Of a stretch of 56,620 nt of DNA, positions 52,283 through 56,620 are shown one piece after another. The position numbers were made by a program, and so were the translations under genes. How positions within the stretch are numbered: position 1 is the first letter of the stretch; the number at the start of each line of letters is the position of its first letter. This stretch comes from Ramazzottius varieornatus (lineage: Eukaryota > Animalia > Tardigrada): assembly GCA_001949185.1 (NCBI GenBank), contig BDGG01000028.1:1-56620 (forward strand). The letters are read 5' to 3'. Under the pieces are notes generated by a model. It did not search any database and had not been told where the DNA came from. It was given only the letters and a program-made list of their open reading frames with translations.

Positions 52283-53434
52283 TTAATTCTTCTCGTAATA
52301 AACCCTAGTTCCGGCAGCGGAGTCATGAACAGCAGCCGGTTGGTAGTTGGACTTGAGCCGCATAACGTTGATGACGCTGAAGATGGTCAGAATCAAGCAG
52401 CTAGTCAGGAGAATGGACTCGCCGATCAACGCGACAATCTTCAGGATAGCGATGACTTTTGTGATGTAATGATAGTCATACACCGACTGTCCAGTAGCGA
52501 TGTACTGACTTCCGGTGTTCTGGTTGGGCAGAACATGGGTATCGAACGCGGAGTACCCAGAGTACGTTGGGTCGGTATACTGGTAGTTCAAGATGGGGTT
52601 GCTGGGATCAGAGTTGGCCAGAGACCACAGATTCCAGAAGGACGGGAAGAAGAGACCCACGGCGACGCATAAGAGAATGGTGGCGAGGAAACTGACGACG
52701 GCCGCAATGATGAAGTTGCGCCGAAGGGTTCGCAGTGCGGCGTTAGCGGTGGAGGGCGAAGAGGCAGCAAGGCCGGCAAGGACAGCGAAACCAGCTGCGA
52801 TGGTTGCAATGATCTGCGCGGCTGTCAAGGCTTTTCCCAGGCGAGTGGTGTTCAGTACGCAAACTGTGTGTACAAAAGACGATTACTGCTCAACCCAGGA
52901 GATGCGAATGCACTGTTCAATATCCTTCGTTCTCCTGGGTAAGTAAACATTACGCACAGAGTTCGCACCGTATTTCGAAACAGAAAACTACACTGTTTTT
53001 TAAAATTGACGAACGATTCTTAGAACGCTAGGAGCTATTATATCCTCGCGTCAATATGTTGGGCGTCAAAACGAATGATTTGACCCAGATCGTTCTCCCA
53101 GTGGCGCACGCTCGCAGCCCTTAGAGATGTGAATGTGCGCCAGTTAGGGAGAAGTCTGGGTGGAATCATTCGCCGACGTATCGCATGAGTTCGTCATTTC
53201 CTTGCACGACCGATATTCAAGGTACATTGCATCTGACGGTTGCATGTATTCCTTGGAGTAAAATGCTGACAATAGAAGAGACCGGCATTAGAAGAACTTA
53301 CTGGCAATTTCATGGGCGAGGACAATCAAGCCCAAGACGATACAGACGAGGGACAGCGTTGCCATCAGCGGTCGGCCTTTCACCCGCTGGTCTACGAGGT
53401 ATACCTCGGTGGTCCGGATATCCCGAGAAGGCAT
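52283..53434 (-). CDS. Tetraspan (claudin/PMP22-like) membrane protein; middle exon structure uncertain, possible in-frame TAA at 52883-52885
   Basis: TM1 in MPSRDIR...LSLVCIVLGLIVLAHEIA; three further hydrophobic segments in ORF 52283-52828; Cys residues in the first loop. Confidence 0.55.
53063..53180. repeat. TGGCGCA-palindrome family, full unit (core 53098-53146; tetraspan gene intron)
   Basis: CGAATGATTTGACCCAGATCGT...CCAGTGGCGCA-N27-TGCGCCAGTTA...AATCATTCG. Confidence 0.85.
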
Positions 53435-54039
53435 CTTGGTGGTAACCGACTTTCGACAAGGAAGAAAAATCTCAGGACAAGGGGAGTCTCGACACTACAA
53501 GGAATGTCTGCTGAAACCACCAGAAACCATAAATCGAGCTGCGCAAACAGACGAACTGTCTGGCTGTGACCTAGAGCAAAACGATGACTGAACACACACA
53601 GTGTTCAATTTTCTGTCCAAGTATGCAGCACAGTCAAACCCCAGCACGTTGTTCAGAAGAGCGAGTAAAACGTCAGTTTACCTTGAAGCAATAACTCGTG
53701 GATTGAAGACCCATACAATGGAACATAACCTGTTGCGCGCCGCTGATTCACCTGGAGTTGAGTCGAGTTATGAGGTGTTGTAACATAGGTGAGCGAGAAG
53801 AAGAGTCTCGTAAAGAAAACTTGTCATGCGTTCACCGACCATGAAAGTTTAGGCTTTACTCAGCGCACGTTGAAAACTCAAGCAGGAAACCGGTTTTTCG
53901 CTCCGAAACGATCTAGAAAAATGCCCACCAGTCCTATTTTGGAGGAAACCGGTTTCGGCGCCGATGAAATGCGCGGCGCGTACTGTTTCCAGTGTATCCA
54001 TCAGACACGCAGTGGTTAATGTATAGCTGGAGCTACTGA

Positions 54040-54154
54040 AATGCTTCATGAACTTCACGAAGTGAGCGTCACAGTTAGCGTATGCTGTATGCGTCCTCAT
54101 ACCCGTAAACTCTGTGCGAAATATGACGTCACTTCGCGAAGTTCATGAAGTATT
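54040..54154. repeat. Palindromic element with ~31-bp arms
   Basis: AATGCTTCATGAACTTCACGAAGTGAGCGTCA ... TGACGTCACTTCGCGAAGTTCATGAAGTATT. Confidence 0.85.
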
Positions 54155-55199
54155 ACCAGGGTGAATCCAGGATAGTGGTAAATGTTCGTTCAACCAACGG
54201 CCTAATCAACTTCAGCTTTCATTGAACACTACAACAGGCTTGTACTGCTGATAGGTTTTGTCAAGTTTTTGATTTTGATTGGCGCTGTTGGTGTATTGCA
54301 TCAGATTTCCGGTGAGTTGCCGGATTCTTCTTGTCTCCGGCGTTTCAGACCGTCTTGCTCCCCTTATGCGTCCCTGTCCCGCTGAGCCGAGTAAGTGCTG
54401 ATTCCCACCTAAGGTGGAACTTTCGCAGTGGATGACGGATCATCAGCTGGCTGACTTTCGTTTTGTCTGCTTGTAATTTCGGTGGAGAAGCCTCGGTCGT
54501 CCCGTCAACTCCTTCATCGCTCCTCTCGTCTGACTGCCTTCTTCTGTCGTCGTCTATCTGCGGCTGATTCCTGCTGAGAGTTTCCCTTCGTTTCTCGTGA
54601 GACTCTTCCCTTTGTCTGTTGGTGTTTCCGTTTCAGGTTAGTGAACACCCAAGCAGTCTTACCTTGATGATCTATTTGTATGCATACGCGCGTCGTCGAA
54701 TCGCGCATGTATCGTGGTGCGTCAGAGTCAGGATTTCTTAGCGTGAGCGGGACGAGTACGTACGTACCTCTGTTTTGTGAACCATCCTATTGAACGCACC
54801 ACTTGCTGTGCATTTCTAATGTAAGCATGTGCTTGTCGCGGTAGCGTCATGAAGCCTGGTCCCTCACGCACCACACTACATTTCATGTTTCCTGTTTTAC
54901 AGTTTACTTCGTAGTATAATGTGAGGTCATTCGATCCGATGGGCGTGTCGATGCTCACTTGGCTGTACTCCAATCAGCGTCCAGACCGTTGTTCGACGTT
55001 TTCGCTATTACTGCTCGATACGCATGTACCACTATCGTCGATTCACTCTGGTTCAGTCATCCAGTCATGAGACTGAGCTGCGGAATTGCAAAGTTCTCAA
55101 AACTGCTCTGGAGTCCGAAGGCCGTCTGCTGAGGTAGTCAGATTAATTGTACACTAATTTCGACAGCATAAGCTCAAAAATTCACTGCACGGGTTCCAT

Positions 55200-55247
55200 T
55201 AGTTCCTTTTACAGTATCTTCGGTAGTCCCTTTTATAGTATCTTCGG
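55200..55247. repeat. 24-bp tandem duplication
   Basis: TAGT(T/C)CCTTTTA(C/T)AGTATCTTCGG x2. Confidence 0.85.
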
Positions 55248-56620
55248 GAGGACCGATCAAGCTCGATTATGTGATACTGCACTACAGTATGTCGTTTCGA
55301 CCGTGTTCCAATAACTGCGTTCGAATGTATCTTAGATACAAAAGCGGTTCTTTCTGTTCCGCCATCCCACAACTAGTAAGACCTTGCCGCCATGCGGGCC
55401 CAAGATAAAATACAACTACTCTATTCTCTCCAGTAATTTCCGTACGTCACAGGCGATACTTTTGTTAAAGAGTTTGCGAAGCGAACAGGCAGCTTTCGCT
55501 CTATGTCAGTTTACTACGTCATTTTAAACAGAAATTTGCACAGCAAGAACGAAACAATCACAAGGAAACACAAGTTTTAGGAGGTAAAATCAACACTACA
55601 CTGCAGTATCTACAACACATCGTCATCGAAACTCACAAGACTTTGCACAACCGACAAAGCAGAAGAATGTGCTGGACTAGTGACTTCCGCAGTTTCTTCG
55701 GAATGGTTTTCACTCCACTTCTCTTCGACCATCTTACACTTGTGAAAATAATTAACGATAGTGAAAGGCTTGACGTTCTTCTGACTGGCGGAAATGAATT
55801 GTCTGAGGGATACGAAGAAGCCTTCTGTTGAACAGCTGATTAATCTTTGTTTGAAACTAAATACACGCTTGCGTTTGATTGCATGTCCTTGATTGAGTCT
55901 AATGACGACACGGTTTTGCCACTGTGGCAGATACCGCAATTTCACTCTTGTATCATTTGTAAAAACCGTTCGAGTGACGTAGGGAAATTACCGGAGAGAT
56001 TACAGTATTCGTCACCAAAGACCGCTCCAAATTCGATCGAGCGAGCTGCATCAGTAAACAAAGGAAGTGCACACGAGCCACAATTTGCGTACAATCATAG
56101 TAGCCAGGAAAATGGAGTGATAGCGGAAAGGGATCTAAAACTGATTACATTCGCAGTGCAAACTGCAAATTTTGTCGCGAGACCGTCATGATCATATCCC
56201 GATCGGATTGTAAATCGTCCCCATCGATGATCCACCAGGTGGTTTCGTCTGCCCTTTTACTACATAAAGGGGAACAACATGGCGATGAGACTGATGCATG
56301 ATATAAGAGACTAAAACTAACTGCGCATAAGACTGAGTCGCAGCCAAATGGTGGCACTGACACCCAGCACAAGAACCATGCAAGCCCGTTTTGGTATGGA
56401 AAGTCCGATTGAGGAACTGACGGTGGAGAACCCTGCCGTCCCCTACCATTGAAGACCGGCTCTTGGCCACCAGTCCGTCCACAGCCTGTTCATTGGTGCA
56501 TAAAAAGGCGTGCCACCGTAATCACAACTACTCGATTTCGAACAACCACGCCTCACCTCCGTGATCATCAGCAGCATATCGTAAGCAGCAAACAAATGCG
56601 GGTTCTGATAACAGTAAGCT

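Overview
This is eukaryotic, intron-rich but compact invertebrate DNA (short GT-AG introns, roughly 47% GC); a tardigrade-like ecdysozoan origin is my inference and is not proven. I could splice about 16 genes by hand: SGSM1/2-type RUN+TBC RabGAP, VPS33A, a secreted Kazal-like protein, SDHAF1, SmD2, a Diedel-like/EF-hand gene with an in-frame TGA, a TRH/EFLamide-type GPCR with a 22-nt micro-exon, a corazonin-type neuropeptide precursor, a catalytically dead oligopeptidase-A (M3) homolog, an extended mRpL30, a PWWP...BTB...ubiquitin-like mosaic locus, DDX52, dihydropyrimidinase, a Gly/Tyr-rich secreted protein and a tetraspan-like gene. Introns and intergenic DNA carry several MITE-like families. 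The most unusual non-coding signal is a dispersed palindromic element, CAAGTGGCGCA-N27-TGCGCCACTTG. It has 12 cores, mostly intronic and sometimes in tandem, and its spacer length is almost invariant while the spacer sequence varies. Exon boundaries were derived manually and are approximate where stated.
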